Source: a virus
Lineage: Duplodnaviria > Heunggongvirae > Uroviricota > Caudoviricetes
DNA: 64,000 nucleotides
IMG/VR virus record: IMGVR_UViG_3300031857_000056
Coordinates: 38,590-102,589 of that record
Strand: one strand, 5' to 3'
A model generated the notes under the pieces. The model saw only the letters and a program-made list of their open reading frames with translations, had not been told where the DNA came from and made no database searches. Numbering within the stretch: position 1 is the stretch's first letter; each line of letters begins with the position of its first letter. Both the position numbers and the translations under genes were made by a program. Shown piece after piece: positions 38,113 to 47,346 of this stretch.

Positions 38113-38634
38113 TCAAAGTAGAGTTATATCTTCGTATCTGATTACCCAACCACCCTTTTTATTAATATCATCATTCACAGTTACTTCATAAGTTTCTGGT
38201 TTAATGCCGGTAATATAGTGATTTTCATACTTCTTATAACCTTGTTTGGCATTTACCTTTTTGCCAATTACATCACTAGGAATCTCTAGAAAATTCTCTT
38301 TGGTCCATTGTCCAATAATTTCTTTGGTCAAACTATCCTTGATAGTACTAACACCATCCAGAATATATACCAATTCACTATCTGGTTCAATATACTTATA
38401 TTCACTCAAATATTGAGCAAGTGTAAATCCATCAGTATCAGATTCAAACAAACAATCAATAATGTCTTGTTCATAGGTTTCCTGTGTTTCTTCATAACCG
38501 CCACCAGAGGTACACCAATTTATATATTGATCAACAACACGATTAAAGTGTTTGTTTTCACGGTTAATATTTTCCCTTGAAAATTTAGGACGCTTAACCT
38601 TGTCTTGTAGCTTCATATAGGTTTGTTCACTCAT
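38113..38634 (-). CDS. hypothetical protein
   Basis: ORF of 173 aa. Confidence 0.4.
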   Translation of the reverse strand: MSEQTYMKLQDKVKRPKFSRENINRENKHFNRVVDQYINWCTSGGGYEETQETYEQDIIDCLFESDTDGFTLAQYLSEYKYIEPDSELVYILDGVSTIKDSLTKEIIGQWTKENFLEIPSDVIGKKVNAKQGYKKYENHYITGIKPETYEVTVNDDINKKGGWVIRYEDITLL

Positions 38635-38643
38635 AACTTTATA

Positions 38644-38672
38644 AGATTACCACACAGTTTATAACAAGTCAA
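38644..38672 (-). promoter_or_regulatory. sigma70-like promoter TTGACT-17-[TGG]TAATCT
   Basis: TTGACTTGTTATAAACTGTGTGGTAATCTTATAAAGTTATG. 9 nt to the ATG. Confidence 0.45.
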
Positions 38673-39019
38673 GAAATTTCTGGACACAAAGTTGCATCAT
38701 ACGCTCTTGGTAAAGAATCATCTCTACCATCTTTAAATGGAAATTTATGACAAACTGATGGGTAAAATTTATGAGAATGTATTTTACATCCATTATTCCA
38801 AAATATACATCTTCCATTCCAAGTTTGGGTTCTATATTCTTTTTTATCATTATCAAAGAAAATAAAATTATCCCCAAACTCATTTAACAGACCCTCACCT
38901 TCTTCTTTTGATAAGAAAGTTCCCCACTTACAACATACAGAGTTGTGAGGACACGGATTACATGGTAATATATTCATATTTTTGGCAGTTTGTAGTCTGG
39001 AATTTGACTTGGAAACCAA
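38669..39019 (-). CDS. Cys-rich hypothetical protein
   Basis: ORF of 116 aa with CxxC and CxxxH patterns. Confidence 0.35.
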   Translation of the reverse strand: MVSKSNSRLQTAKNMNILPCNPCPHNSVCCKWGTFLSKEEGEGLLNEFGDNFIFFDNDKKEYRTQTWNGRCIFWNNGCKIHSHKFYPSVCHKFPFKDGRDDSLPRAYDATLCPEIS

Positions 39020-39183
39020 AAGAAGTCTTCTTCAAAACTATAAAAAAAGTTTTGATTAGTAGCATGATTATACGCTTCCATTACAGTTCTGTCATTTAAT
39101 GTACGTTGTTTACCCCTAAATTCCATGTGGGGATATTTTTTCTTAATTTCTTCTGGAACGTGAATATTCATTTGGCAATCCAA
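38974..39183 (-). CDS. hypothetical protein
   Basis: ORF of 69 aa, overlap-coupled to neighbours. Confidence 0.3.
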   Translation of the reverse strand: MDCQMNIHVPEEIKKKYPHMEFRGKQRTLNDRTVMEAYNHATNQNFFYSFEEDFFWFPSQIPDYKLPKI

Positions 39184-39335
39184 TCGTGAAATCGTTGCGG
39201 TAAAAACATATAAATTGTTATTGTTGCAAGTGAAATTGTAACGGGTGATACATCTACCTTAAATAGATGATACAACAATATACTTGTACCCAATGACAAT
39301 ATCAAATTAACAATAAACGCTAAAAATAATTTCAT
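39168..39335 (-). CDS. small membrane protein (55 aa, absent from the ORF track)
   Basis: ATG ORF 'MKLFLAFIVNLILSLGTSILLYHLF...'. ATGA-coupled to the upstream small ORF. Confidence 0.3.
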   Translation of the reverse strand: MKLFLAFIVNLILSLGTSILLYHLFKVDVSPVTISLATITIYMFLPQRFHDWIAK

Positions 39336-39493
39336 AGAAATATTGATTGAATGCTCTTTAACTTACGATTAAGTTCTTTATTTTCTTCTTTCAGTTGTTC
39401 AACTTCTTGCATTAATCTAGAGTTTTCTTCGTGTAAATTTCTAATGTTATCCATTAAATCTCGTAAGATATCTTCATTACTTTCAAAGTCCAT
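39332..39493 (-). CDS. small coiled-coil protein (53 aa, absent from the ORF track)
   Basis: ATG ORF 'MDFESNEDILRDLMDNIRNLHEENSRLMQEVEQLKEENKELNRKLK'. Fills an otherwise empty 300-nt gap. Confidence 0.3.
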   Translation of the reverse strand: MDFESNEDILRDLMDNIRNLHEENSRLMQEVEQLKEENKELNRKLKSIQSIFL

Positions 39494-39494
39494 A

Positions 39495-39707
39495 TTATTC
39501 TACCTTTCCATATACAGTTTCAACATCAATATAATAATTAGGCAATCCAAATGGACGAATAGTGAACTTCCAAGTCTTTTCCCTATCCTTGAAGTTATAA
39601 CCACTAATAAATCCAATACCACGGTTAGTGTTTACCTTGTCACCAAAATGATAAGGAAGAGGATTTTCAGCAAGAACTTTGGCGAACAACTCATTATTAT
39701 TGATCAT
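39495..39707 (-). CDS. hypothetical protein
   Basis: ORF of 70 aa. Confidence 0.35.
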   Translation of the reverse strand: MINNNELFAKVLAENPLPYHFGDKVNTNRGIGFISGYNFKDREKTWKFTIRPFGLPNYYIDVETVYGKVE

Positions 39708-39731
39708 ATAACAACTTTACCCCAACTTTTT

Positions 39732-40250
39732 TTAAATGTCAAACACTTTTCCGTCAAAATATGCTTTACATCCCAAAACTCGGTCAATCGCAAAGATTTT
39801 CACATCAGCTTCACTAAACATAGTAAATGTAGCATTATCGTGTCCCTTCCATTGTTCACGTTGTGCCTCATTACACAAATCATTAAATTGCCGGTGTATA
39901 TAAACATCTTTGATGCCACTTTGGATGATTCCCCTAGCACAGTCTGCACAAGGCAAAGCATTGGTATAAAGAATTGCGCCATCGGTGTTTATACCGTACC
40001 TAGCAGCTGCGTAAATCGCATTGCGTTCACCGTGTTCGTACCATTTGTACTTTTCTGGTCGTTCGTTACGAATTTCATTTTTGTCTGCTACCCCAATAGG
40101 AATGCCATTGAAGCCAGTAGATATGATTCGTTTGTCTTTTACAATGAGAGCACCAATCTTTGTCTTGGGATCTTTGGATTTACTTGCAACCCAATAGACT
40201 CCTTGTAAAAACCATTCGTTCCAATCTGGTGGTGTATAATTTAATCCCAT
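39732..40250 (-). CDS. deoxycytidylate (dCMP) deaminase
   Basis: 'DWNEWFLQGVYWVASKSKDPKTKIGALIV', 'HGERNAI' (H-x-E), 'LPCADCARGIIQSGIK' (PCxxC). Track start at 40259 is TTG; the ATG is at 40250. Confidence 0.7.
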   Translation of the reverse strand: MGLNYTPPDWNEWFLQGVYWVASKSKDPKTKIGALIVKDKRIISTGFNGIPIGVADKNEIRNERPEKYKWYEHGERNAIYAAARYGINTDGAILYTNALPCADCARGIIQSGIKDVYIHRQFNDLCNEAQREQWKGHDNATFTMFSEADVKIFAIDRVLGCKAYFDGKVFDI

Positions 40251-40786
40251 AAGTGACAATAGTATTTTGCAAATAGTTCTAGACCTTTTTGTTTGCGTTC
40301 TTGTAATTCATTGTGTTTTTTCATCCACTCATCAAAAGATTGTTTTTGTTCTGGAGTTTTTCCTTTATTTAGAAGCCATTCTGTATCTCCAAGATAATGT
40401 GGAAATGGATTGAATCGTTCGTCATCATTTAGATATTCAAATGTCCAAATAAGTTCATCAAGTACATTTTCCCATTCTTCTGGTGTGAAATCTGGATGAT
40501 AACCATACCGTTTCATTTTCTTGAAGTGTTTTAGTCTGGGTAGAATAAACTTACTGAATGTACCATCCAAACTCCAACATTCTTCATTACTTACACCATA
40601 ACGCATACGTTGATATGTACTAATAAACCATCGTTTAATGTCATGACATTTGTAATATACACGCCAACCATATGGTACTGTATCAAACAACCAGTCACCA
40701 AATTTATTGGTTCTATACCATTTTTCTTCTGAAAGAGGTGTGTTTTCAGAATCTTCTAATCGTTCGTTGATTTTTTTGAGATCCAT
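40241..40786 (-). CDS. hypothetical protein
   Basis: ORF of 181 aa, Trp/Tyr-rich. Confidence 0.4.
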   Translation of the reverse strand: MDLKKINERLEDSENTPLSEEKWYRTNKFGDWLFDTVPYGWRVYYKCHDIKRWFISTYQRMRYGVSNEECWSLDGTFSKFILPRLKHFKKMKRYGYHPDFTPEEWENVLDELIWTFEYLNDDERFNPFPHYLGDTEWLLNKGKTPEQKQSFDEWMKKHNELQERKQKGLELFAKYYCHLWD

Positions 40787-40792
40787 ATTACA

Positions 40793-40820
40793 ACTATATC
40801 ACAGAGTGTATATGTGTCAA
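40793..40820 (-). promoter_or_regulatory. sigma70 consensus promoter TTGACA-16-TATAGT, 6 nt from the ATG
   Basis: TTGACACATATACACTCTGTGATATAGTTGTAATATG. Confidence 0.55.
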
Positions 40821-40828
40821 ACAAAAAA

Positions 40829-40848
40829 CCCCACATTTTACTGTGGGG
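40829..40848 (-). terminator. intrinsic terminator hairpin (ccccaca/tgtgggg) plus T-run on the minus strand
   Basis: 7-bp stem, 6-nt loop, followed on the minus strand by TTTTTTGTTTG. Confidence 0.5.
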
Positions 40849-40874
40849 TATGATGAATAAACAAACAAATGAAA

Positions 40875-41096
40875 TTATTTAACGTTTTTCAAACCAGGAT
40901 GTGCTTTGTGCCAAGGCATTTCGTGTACAACTGTTGGTGCTTGGTTAGACCATCTAGCTTGTTGTGGTTGTTGGGCTTGTTGTTGAGCTTGATCCATTTG
41001 TTGAGCAGCTAACATAGCATTTGCGGTACCTGGATTGTTGCTGGTAAGACCTACAACTGGATTTTGTGTTTTGATTCCTAAATAAAGACCTGACAT
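40875..41096 (-). CDS. Gln-rich small protein
   Basis: ORF of 73 aa. Confidence 0.35.
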   Translation of the reverse strand: MSGLYLGIKTQNPVVGLTSNNPGTANAMLAAQQMDQAQQQAQQPQQARWSNQAPTVVHEMPWHKAHPGLKNVK

Positions 41097-41125
41097 AGTG
41101 TTATACCTTTTGTTAAATATAACTA

Positions 41126-41323
41126 TTAAGCTTTATCATCATTATACACAAAATTATCACTAAACATAGAATATAAATAATCGTGATGTTTATCTTCTAA
41201 AAGATATTCACGTATATCAATAATGCGACGGTCATCACAACAATGACACTGCATATAAATCTTATCCCGCTTTAATTTAGCTGGCATATCACAATAATTG
41301 CAAGTAATTTGAAGGTTGTCCAT
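41126..41323 (-). CDS. zinc-ribbon small protein
   Basis: 'CNYC ... CHCC' four-Cys pattern. Confidence 0.35.
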   Translation of the reverse strand: MDNLQITCNYCDMPAKLKRDKIYMQCHCCDDRRIIDIREYLLEDKHHDYLYSMFSDNFVYNDDKA

Positions 41324-41406
41324 ATACTATAAAAATATCATACATTTTAAATAAAACAAGGGATGTCACTGTTACGTAACATCCCCCATTATATTGTAAC
41401 ATTAGG

Positions 41407-42186
41407 TTACAGATCGCTATAGTTCTTCAGTTCAATCTTACCATTTAGTATGGTAATATACTGACTAAGATTACAATCAATACAAATGTTGTTTGCATCA
41501 ACGATATTAGCAAATCCTTCTCTATGATATTGTGCGGCTTTACCAGTTCGCCATTGATTTGTATGACCCACAATTTGTCTCAACTCTTCAATGGGTTGAA
41601 ACTCTTCGTTAAAATCACACCAAACAATACCACCACATTTGTTTCTACCACCCCTTGCATATCCAGCGCCATAAAACCAATGTGGTTCATTGATCTTTAG
41701 TTTGGTTCTAGCATCATTATCACTTTGATCCAGATACTTGAAGATAACTTCATTTGTGGCACAAATTGGAGGTAACAAACGTTTATCCAATCCAGCGTGG
41801 GTTAATAGAATATCATCTACAACAATCGACCAGTGAAACTTATCTTGTATATCACCTCTGACCTTGCCAATAACGTTATCAATTGCATCATACTTCCATT
41901 GTTCATAACCACTACACCAAGATGTAGAAGCATTAAACAGATAGTGTATATCGTGATTACCAAATAGAGTATAGTTCTTTGGGTTAGGAAGAAATACATC
42001 TCTTAGATATTTGGCTGTAGCAACATAGTCAGTAACATCATCCAAATTGAAACTATCAAACCAATCACCCAAACAAATGTTGATATCGCCATCTTCTTTG
42101 GTAAAGATGGTATCCAACTTTGTGTAATGATTATGTGGATCAGCAGCAATTACAATCTTTTGTTTATTGGAACTAAACTTTAGCAT
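41407..42186 (-). CDS. metallophosphatase (lambda-PPase/ApaH-like Ser/Thr phosphatase family)
   Basis: 'DPHNH', 'GDWFD', 'GNHD', 'THAG' motifs. Confidence 0.55.
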   Translation of the reverse strand: MLKFSSNKQKIVIAADPHNHYTKLDTIFTKEDGDINICLGDWFDSFNLDDVTDYVATAKYLRDVFLPNPKNYTLFGNHDIHYLFNASTSWCSGYEQWKYDAIDNVIGKVRGDIQDKFHWSIVVDDILLTHAGLDKRLLPPICATNEVIFKYLDQSDNDARTKLKINEPHWFYGAGYARGGRNKCGGIVWCDFNEEFQPIEELRQIVGHTNQWRTGKAAQYHREGFANIVDANNICIDCNLSQYITILNGKIELKNYSDL

Positions 42187-42192
42187 ACTGAG

Positions 42193-42221
42193 AGTATAAC
42201 ACGATTATTTTTAAAAGTCAA
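42193..42221 (-). promoter_or_regulatory. sigma70-like promoter TTGACT-17-TATACT, 6 nt from the ATG
   Basis: TTGACTTTTAAAAATAATCGTGTTATACTCTCAGTATG. Confidence 0.5.
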
Positions 42222-42456
42222 GTGATTTGGTCTTAACTTTTGTTAGTAGCCATTTGACCATTTGATATTTGGTAGATGGATCACCATACTTTTTTATATT
42301 AAAGTGATCCAGTTCCAATTCATAGAGTCTACGAGTAGTGTCCATTTTTTCAAACCATTTTGAATCTACTGGAGAGTCATCTGTGTGTTTCTCTAGTTTT
42401 TCTAAACATTCGATTAGAAATTCGTATTCAATTTTGGTAAGAATTACTTTTTTCAC
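42211..42456 (-). CDS. hypothetical protein
   Basis: ORF of 81 aa. Confidence 0.35.
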   Translation of the reverse strand: MKKVILTKIEYEFLIECLEKLEKHTDDSPVDSKWFEKMDTTRRLYELELDHFNIKKYGDPSTKYQMVKWLLTKVKTKSLDF

Positions 42457-42513
42457 TTCTCGGTAGATTTAGACTTCTTTTTATCTCCCCAGTTAATTTT
42501 ATCGTAATTAGAA

Positions 42514-42945
42514 TTATAGGTTTTCTTGTTCACTGGTCTGGGAGACGATCCCTTCCCGTTCTGATGTGATTGATTGCTCATAAAAATGTTGATATCCTTT
42601 CTCTATTGTACTAAAAAATGAATTGTTCGCATACATATCTGAAGCAATTGCTTTATCACTTTTGATATATTGTGCATTTACGTTTTTCAAAGTAAATTTT
42701 CCGTTTGTGTCGTCGGTTTTTTCGTATCCTACAAATAAAACACTGAAATATTTTTCATGAAGCACATCATCAAATGCTCCATCGTAATCTTGGATGTAAA
42801 CAATGTCTGCTTCGCTCCACTTATTATTAATACGTGGACACACACATAGTTTGTATTCGTTATCAATGAATGCTTTGAATACAAAAGCATTGGGTTTGGT
42901 TAATTCACTCATATTTTTCAGCACATTTACTGCAAAGTTGACCAA
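42514..42945 (-). CDS. hypothetical protein
   Basis: ORF of 143 aa. Confidence 0.4.
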   Translation of the reverse strand: MVNFAVNVLKNMSELTKPNAFVFKAFIDNEYKLCVCPRINNKWSEADIVYIQDYDGAFDDVLHEKYFSVLFVGYEKTDDTNGKFTLKNVNAQYIKSDKAIASDMYANNSFFSTIEKGYQHFYEQSITSEREGIVSQTSEQENL

Positions 42946-43087
42946 CTCCTTCTACATAGTTGTAACGATAGTCGATATGTTTGTCTTTGGGTTCATTTGT
43001 TTCGACTCCACAAACAATACATTCTTCCATTTCAGACATTACTTTAAAGTCACCATTGGGTAATTTTTCAATTTTATTATTCATAAT

Positions 43088-43429
43088 TTATTTCCACAAA
43101 ACTTGTAATATAACTATTAATGCACTCAATGCAATTAGTGTTAATGTTTTAACACTTATCTTTTCATTGAAATAAATATGTGTCAATATTGTAAACATAA
43201 CTATACCAATGCTAAATGTAAAAATTCTATTTGGCCACATTTTTCCATTAAAATATTCTGCTAGTAATTTCGTAGCATATATTGATAACAACGTACTAGG
43301 TACACTTAACCATATCAACCACATTTCATATTTTTTATAAAATACATTAATAAATTGTCCATAAATTTGATGCCAACCAATAATATAAACAAATACTAGT
43401 ATTGACAATGCAAATAATAACTTAATCAT
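43088..43429 (-). CDS. membrane protein
   Basis: Three predicted transmembrane helices. Confidence 0.4.
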   Translation of the reverse strand: MIKLLFALSILVFVYIIGWHQIYGQFINVFYKKYEMWLIWLSVPSTLLSIYATKLLAEYFNGKMWPNRIFTFSIGIVMFTILTHIYFNEKISVKTLTLIALSALIVILQVLWK

Positions 43430-43620
43430 TTTTTTCTCAATATCGTACTATGTTTATTAACAACTTCTTTGCAAACAATACTACCTTTACTTAGTTTAGC
43501 ATAAAAGTTATCATATATATGAACTAAATCAGCAACTTCAATCTTGATACCCTCTTTTAACTTGGTATACTTTTTGATATCTGATTCAGTTAATTCAACT
43601 ACATTATCAGCGCTCTTCAT
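43426..43620 (-). CDS. hypothetical protein
   Basis: ORF of 64 aa, ATGA-coupled to neighbours. Confidence 0.3.
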   Translation of the reverse strand: MKSADNVVELTESDIKKYTKLKEGIKIEVADLVHIYDNFYAKLSKGSIVCKEVVNKHSTILRKK

Positions 43621-43997
43621 ACAGATTTATTATAGGACTCTATATAAGATTCTATGTTGAGTTTTCCTACGGGATTCATAGAGTGTACCATATAAGGCGG
43701 ATGTTTAACACCCTTGTTCATACAATATTCCACAAGCCATTTTGCACAATCATATCCAGTCTTTTCATTGTATGAATCATATGGAATATCATCACCACTC
43801 AACCCATGACCATAGTGGCAGTCTGATAAATCGTGATCATAAGTTACAAACTTAGGAAGACCACGCAGTGTAATTATATTAACAAACTCTTGATAATTTC
43901 TTACCACAGAGTAATGTTGATCTTTTGGAATATTAACCCAAGTGACATTCGTTGGAATGCGGTTGTCATCGAGAAATAAATTATAGTTGGTTATCAT
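43617..43997 (-). CDS. hypothetical protein
   Basis: ORF of 126 aa. Confidence 0.4.
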   Translation of the reverse strand: MITNYNLFLDDNRIPTNVTWVNIPKDQHYSVVRNYQEFVNIITLRGLPKFVTYDHDLSDCHYGHGLSGDDIPYDSYNEKTGYDCAKWLVEYCMNKGVKHPPYMVHSMNPVGKLNIESYIESYNKSV

Positions 43998-44187
43998 ATT
44001 TTTTAAGTGATTCTTTTAGTGTTTTTAATGCACTTTCTGTGCAAGTCCAGAGTACATCTGCTTTATGTTTCTTACGATACTTATTTGCTTCAGCTAATGA
44101 TGCGTCTTCACTGAGACATTCGCCTAATGAATCAACACATAGATTGTTGTTTTGATCTAAAATAATAACGTAGTAATTTGTTTTCAT
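43981..44187 (-). CDS. hypothetical protein
   Basis: ORF of 68 aa. Confidence 0.3.
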   Translation of the reverse strand: MKTNYYVIILDQNNNLCVDSLGECLSEDASLAEANKYRKKHKADVLWTCTESALKTLKESLKKYDNQL

Positions 44188-44369
44188 TTATTAATCTTCT
44201 TTTCCAAGTATACCACGAACTTTTTCATCGGTCTACCACTTTCAAACAAATCACCAATAAATTCTGCTTTGACTACACGATATCCGTTTGAACCATAATC
44301 ATTCATTACATTCTCAAGTTCTGAATAATCAATTACATTATGTATTTTTATTGAATATTTGTATTTCAT
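44184..44369 (-). CDS. hypothetical protein
   Basis: ORF of 61 aa. Confidence 0.3.
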   Translation of the reverse strand: MKYKYSIKIHNVIDYSELENVMNDYGSNGYRVVKAEFIGDLFESGRPMKKFVVYLEKKINK

Positions 44370-44509
44370 TGTTTGTGCATCATCAAACCACTTAAGTTTG
44401 GCATTGTATAACCTTGTTTAATTAGCTCACGGGTATCTTTGACAATTTTATCAAAGTAAGCCAACTTCATCTTGATTTCTTCACGTTCTTTTTTTGTAAG
44501 CTTCTTCAT
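44366..44509 (-). CDS. small basic protein (47 aa, absent from the ORF track)
   Basis: ATG ORF 'MKKLTKKEREEIKMKLAYFDKIVKDTRELIKQGYTMPNLSGLMMHKQ'. ATGA-coupled to 44184..44369 and has its own promoter. Confidence 0.35.
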   Translation of the reverse strand: MKKLTKKEREEIKMKLAYFDKIVKDTRELIKQGYTMPNLSGLMMHKQ

Positions 44510-44515
44510 ATAGTA

Positions 44516-44544
44516 ATAATACTATCGTTAGTGATAAAACACAA
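44516..44544 (-). promoter_or_regulatory. sigma70-like promoter TTGTGT-17-TATTAT, 6 nt from the ATG
   Basis: TTGTGTTTTATCACTAACGATAGTATTATTACTATATG. Confidence 0.4.
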
Positions 44545-44609
44545 GATTTATTTTTCACACCGTGTCACATTTTATTTCATTTTTTAAAAATGATTAATAT
44601 TTATTATAT

Positions 44610-45290
44610 ATGAAAATAATATCTGGAATTTATAAACTCACATCACCGTCCGGAAAATGTTATATTGGTCAAAGTAAAAATATATATCAAAGATTTCGTG
44701 ATCACAAAAGAGCTAATAAACATAAACATTGCAAGTTATATGTTGCAATTAAAAAATACGGATACGAAAATTTTAAAAAAGAAATAATAGAAGAATGTAA
44801 CAAAGAAATTTTAGATAAAAAAGAACAATATTGGATTAAATATCACAACTCCGTTGATAACGGATATAATTGTGATTATGGTGGACAAATTCATAAAGAA
44901 TTTGGAAAAGAACATAGAGAAAAATTACGTGCAGCATTTTTAGGAAAGTATAATGGCAACCAAAATATTGAATTTTACATAGATAACATTTTGTATAAAT
45001 CAATTGGTGATGCTAGTAAAAAATTAAATATACCCCCTAAAACGATATATAATAGGTTAAATTCTAAAAACATAGAATTTGATAATTATAAATATAAAGA
45101 TGTAAATTTAATACCAACCAGAAGTATTAGAAAATACGCATCACAACCTTTTATTATTGATGGTATAAAATATACCACTATAAAAGAAGCGTCTGAAGTA
45201 TTAAATATACCATCATCAATATTGAGAAGAAAATTAAAATCTGGTAAATTGTCAAATTCATCATATATTACACCGCAACATCCGCTTTAA
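44610..45290 (+). CDS. GIY-YIG homing endonuclease (I-TevI-like, free-standing)
   Basis: 'GIYKLTSPSGKCYIGQSKNIYQRFRDH' GIY...YIG...R motif. NUMOD-like repeats 'IDNILYKSIGDASKKLNIPPKTIYNRLNS' and 'IDGIKYTTIKEASEVLNIPSSILRRKL'. Opposite strand to its neighbours. Confidence 0.65.
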   Translation: MKIISGIYKLTSPSGKCYIGQSKNIYQRFRDHKRANKHKHCKLYVAIKKYGYENFKKEIIEECNKEILDKKEQYWIKYHNSVDNGYNCDYGGQIHKEFGKEHREKLRAAFLGKYNGNQNIEFYIDNILYKSIGDASKKLNIPPKTIYNRLNSKNIEFDNYKYKDVNLIPTRSIRKYASQPFIIDGIKYTTIKEASEVLNIPSSILRRKLKSGKLSNSSYITPQHPL

Positions 45291-46419
45291 TTGTTGGGTG
45301 TGATTGATAATCTATTAACTTAATATCATCATATTTAAAATCAAATAATGATTTTATTTCAGGATTCAACCACAATTTTGGTAACTTCATTGGTTCTCTT
45401 GACATTTGTAGTTTAATTTGATCCAAATGGTTCGTATACAAATGTGCGTCACCGATTGAGTATGTCAATGTACCAGTAGCCATATTGCTTACATGCGACA
45501 TCATTGCTACCATCAGTGCATATGATGCTATATTAAATGGCTTCCCAAGAAAAATATCATTTGATCTGATTGTCATCATTAAATTCAAACGACGGGTTGG
45601 AATATTAGCGTCATTTAATACTTTTTCATTCATTTCAGGCACAGATACCCATCCTTTATTTCCTCCTGATTTTCTGTATAAATCAAATCGTTCTTCCAGT
45701 GTCAATTCTTCTGTATTAAAAATTAGAAAACAATGACAGGGCGGTAAGGCGCAATGATCTACCCAATGTGGATGCCATGCTGATACGATCATACGACGAT
45801 CATCTGGATTGGTTTTTAGCTTGTCAATTACTTTTTGTAGTTGATCTATTCTACCAAAAAACCACGATTCGGCATAATCACCTTTTGTTCCACTCACAGT
45901 ACCTTTGGGACAAGTGCTTGCATCATTATCATTCACGGTGGTATAAAACGGAAAATTTCTCCACATTCCGCCATACGTTCCTTCACCTAATTCACCCCAT
46001 AAAAGTGCAAAATTTGGGTCATCTTTAATTTCTTGAATGAAACGCTCTTGAGTCCAAGAAGACCGCCACCGATTCCCACCCAAATCGCCATACGGATTTG
46101 CTTCATAGGTTTCTTCAGGATGAGATTTGCAAAAATCAATATAGCGTTTATATGCCCACTCATTCCAGATTCTAACGTTATTGTCAACCAGATACTTGAT
46201 ATTTGTATCACCACTAATGAACCACAGCAATTCGTGAACAATAGCTGGCCAATGAACTTTCTTTGTGGTTAATAGAGGAAATGCATTTAGATCCACATTG
46301 TATTTGGCTTGAGCACCAAAAATGCCAATGGTATCTACCCCAGTTCTGTTCTTTTTAAGTTTTCCGTTTGTCAAAATATCATTGACAATTCTGAAATATT
46401 CTGTGTCTACTTTGTTCAT
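45268..46419 (-). CDS. thyA: thymidylate synthase (ThyA family) with large internal insertions
   Basis: 'LPPCH' catalytic Cys, 'PFNIASYAL' (Asn, so uracil-specific), 'GDAHLYTNHLDQ'. 383 aa with about 100 extra aa between conserved blocks. Confidence 0.7.
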   Translation of the reverse strand: MNKVDTEYFRIVNDILTNGKLKKNRTGVDTIGIFGAQAKYNVDLNAFPLLTTKKVHWPAIVHELLWFISGDTNIKYLVDNNVRIWNEWAYKRYIDFCKSHPEETYEANPYGDLGGNRWRSSWTQERFIQEIKDDPNFALLWGELGEGTYGGMWRNFPFYTTVNDNDASTCPKGTVSGTKGDYAESWFFGRIDQLQKVIDKLKTNPDDRRMIVSAWHPHWVDHCALPPCHCFLIFNTEELTLEERFDLYRKSGGNKGWVSVPEMNEKVLNDANIPTRRLNLMMTIRSNDIFLGKPFNIASYALMVAMMSHVSNMATGTLTYSIGDAHLYTNHLDQIKLQMSREPMKLPKLWLNPEIKSLFDFKYDDIKLIDYQSHPTIKADVAV

Positions 46420-46420
46420 A

Positions 46421-46912
46421 TTATTTAGTATACATTATAACTTTGTGTAGGTCAAATTCTTTTACAACTTCTTTATGTGTAAACGTATGTTCAAACTCAG
46501 GCATAAATGTATCACCATCATAATTACCATTTATATGCGTAACATAGAACTCCTTAATGTATGGTAACAACTTAATATAAGTTTTAGCACCACCAGCAAC
46601 AATCAAATAGTCTTTTCTAAATTGACTATATGATTCAAAATCTGTCATTGTAATCAGTTGACCAGTCATAGAGTTATTGTTTACCAGATATTGATTTGGA
46701 TTTGCAGCCATTATTTTGTCTTCTTTGACTAGTACAAGACATTCTCTATTTTTTAGAAGTGGTAGTGTATCAAATGTATTTTTACCTACCACAATAGTAT
46801 TACCAACGGTAAATTCTTTAAAGTGCTTAAAATCCTCTTTTATAGATGGCCAGGGTAATCCACCATTTTTGCCTATAACCCTATTTTGTGCCATTGCAAG
46901 TATTGCTTTCAT
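46421..46912 (-). CDS. folA: dihydrofolate reductase
   Basis: 'AMAQNRVIGKNGGLPW' N-terminal motif and 'VVGKNTFDTLP'. Confidence 0.7.
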   Translation of the reverse strand: MKAILAMAQNRVIGKNGGLPWPSIKEDFKHFKEFTVGNTIVVGKNTFDTLPLLKNRECLVLVKEDKIMAANPNQYLVNNNSMTGQLITMTDFESYSQFRKDYLIVAGGAKTYIKLLPYIKEFYVTHINGNYDGDTFMPEFEHTFTHKEVVKEFDLHKVIMYTK

Positions 46913-47346
46913 TGTATATAATTTAAAATTAGTTTGATTGATTGTTCAATAGAATTTTTATCGGTGTCAATATCAAGATAGTTATTTAATGGCGGTTCAT
47001 AATAATCCACCATCTTACCCTCCCTTAATCTGTTACTATGTAGATATACTTCTTTTACAATATGTGTAGAATCATTTTTTAATGAGTCTCTTAAATTTCT
47101 GAACGGAGATACTAACGACATTATTGTGTAATTATATAATTTGTTGCTAGTTTTTGCCATTTCTATAGCTAATCTCACATTACTTTTTCTGCCACTAATA
47201 CTATAGTCTTTATTGTTACTAATACTACGTAACGTATCCCCATCAATAGTTACAGCTGTACGATTTGTTTTTGTTAAAAGTGTTTCTAATGTTAACGCCA
47301 ATGTGGTTTTACCACTATTTGGTTGACCTGTTAATATAATAATCAT
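46909..47346 (-). CDS. P-loop kinase, adenylyl-sulfate (APS) kinase-like
   Basis: 'ILTGQPNSGKTTLA', 'IDGDTLR' (compare LDGDNVR), 'SNVRLAIEMAK' (compare ENIRRVGEVAK), 'VSPFR' (compare ISPHR). Confidence 0.45.
   Translation of the reverse strand: MIIILTGQPNSGKTTLALTLETLLTKTNRTAVTIDGDTLRSISNNKDYSISGRKSNVRLAIEMAKTSNKLYNYTIMSLVSPFRNLRDSLKNDSTHIVKEVYLHSNRLREGKMVDYYEPPLNNYLDIDTDKNSIEQSIKLILNYIQ

Noticed and set aside
39351-40208. 285-aa plus-strand ORF
   Set aside because: It completely overlaps the well-supported dCMP deaminase and neighbouring minus-strand genes. It is low-complexity Ser/Phe/Ile-rich and has no promoter motif.
45268-46419. ThyA homolog considered as dCMP hydroxymethylase (T4 gp42-like) for hmC DNA
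   Set aside because: The specificity residue in 'PFNIASYAL' is Asn, not Asp, and the gene is translationally coupled to DHFR. Both argue for dUMP-directed TS chemistry. Hydroxymethyl-dU cannot be excluded from sequence alone.
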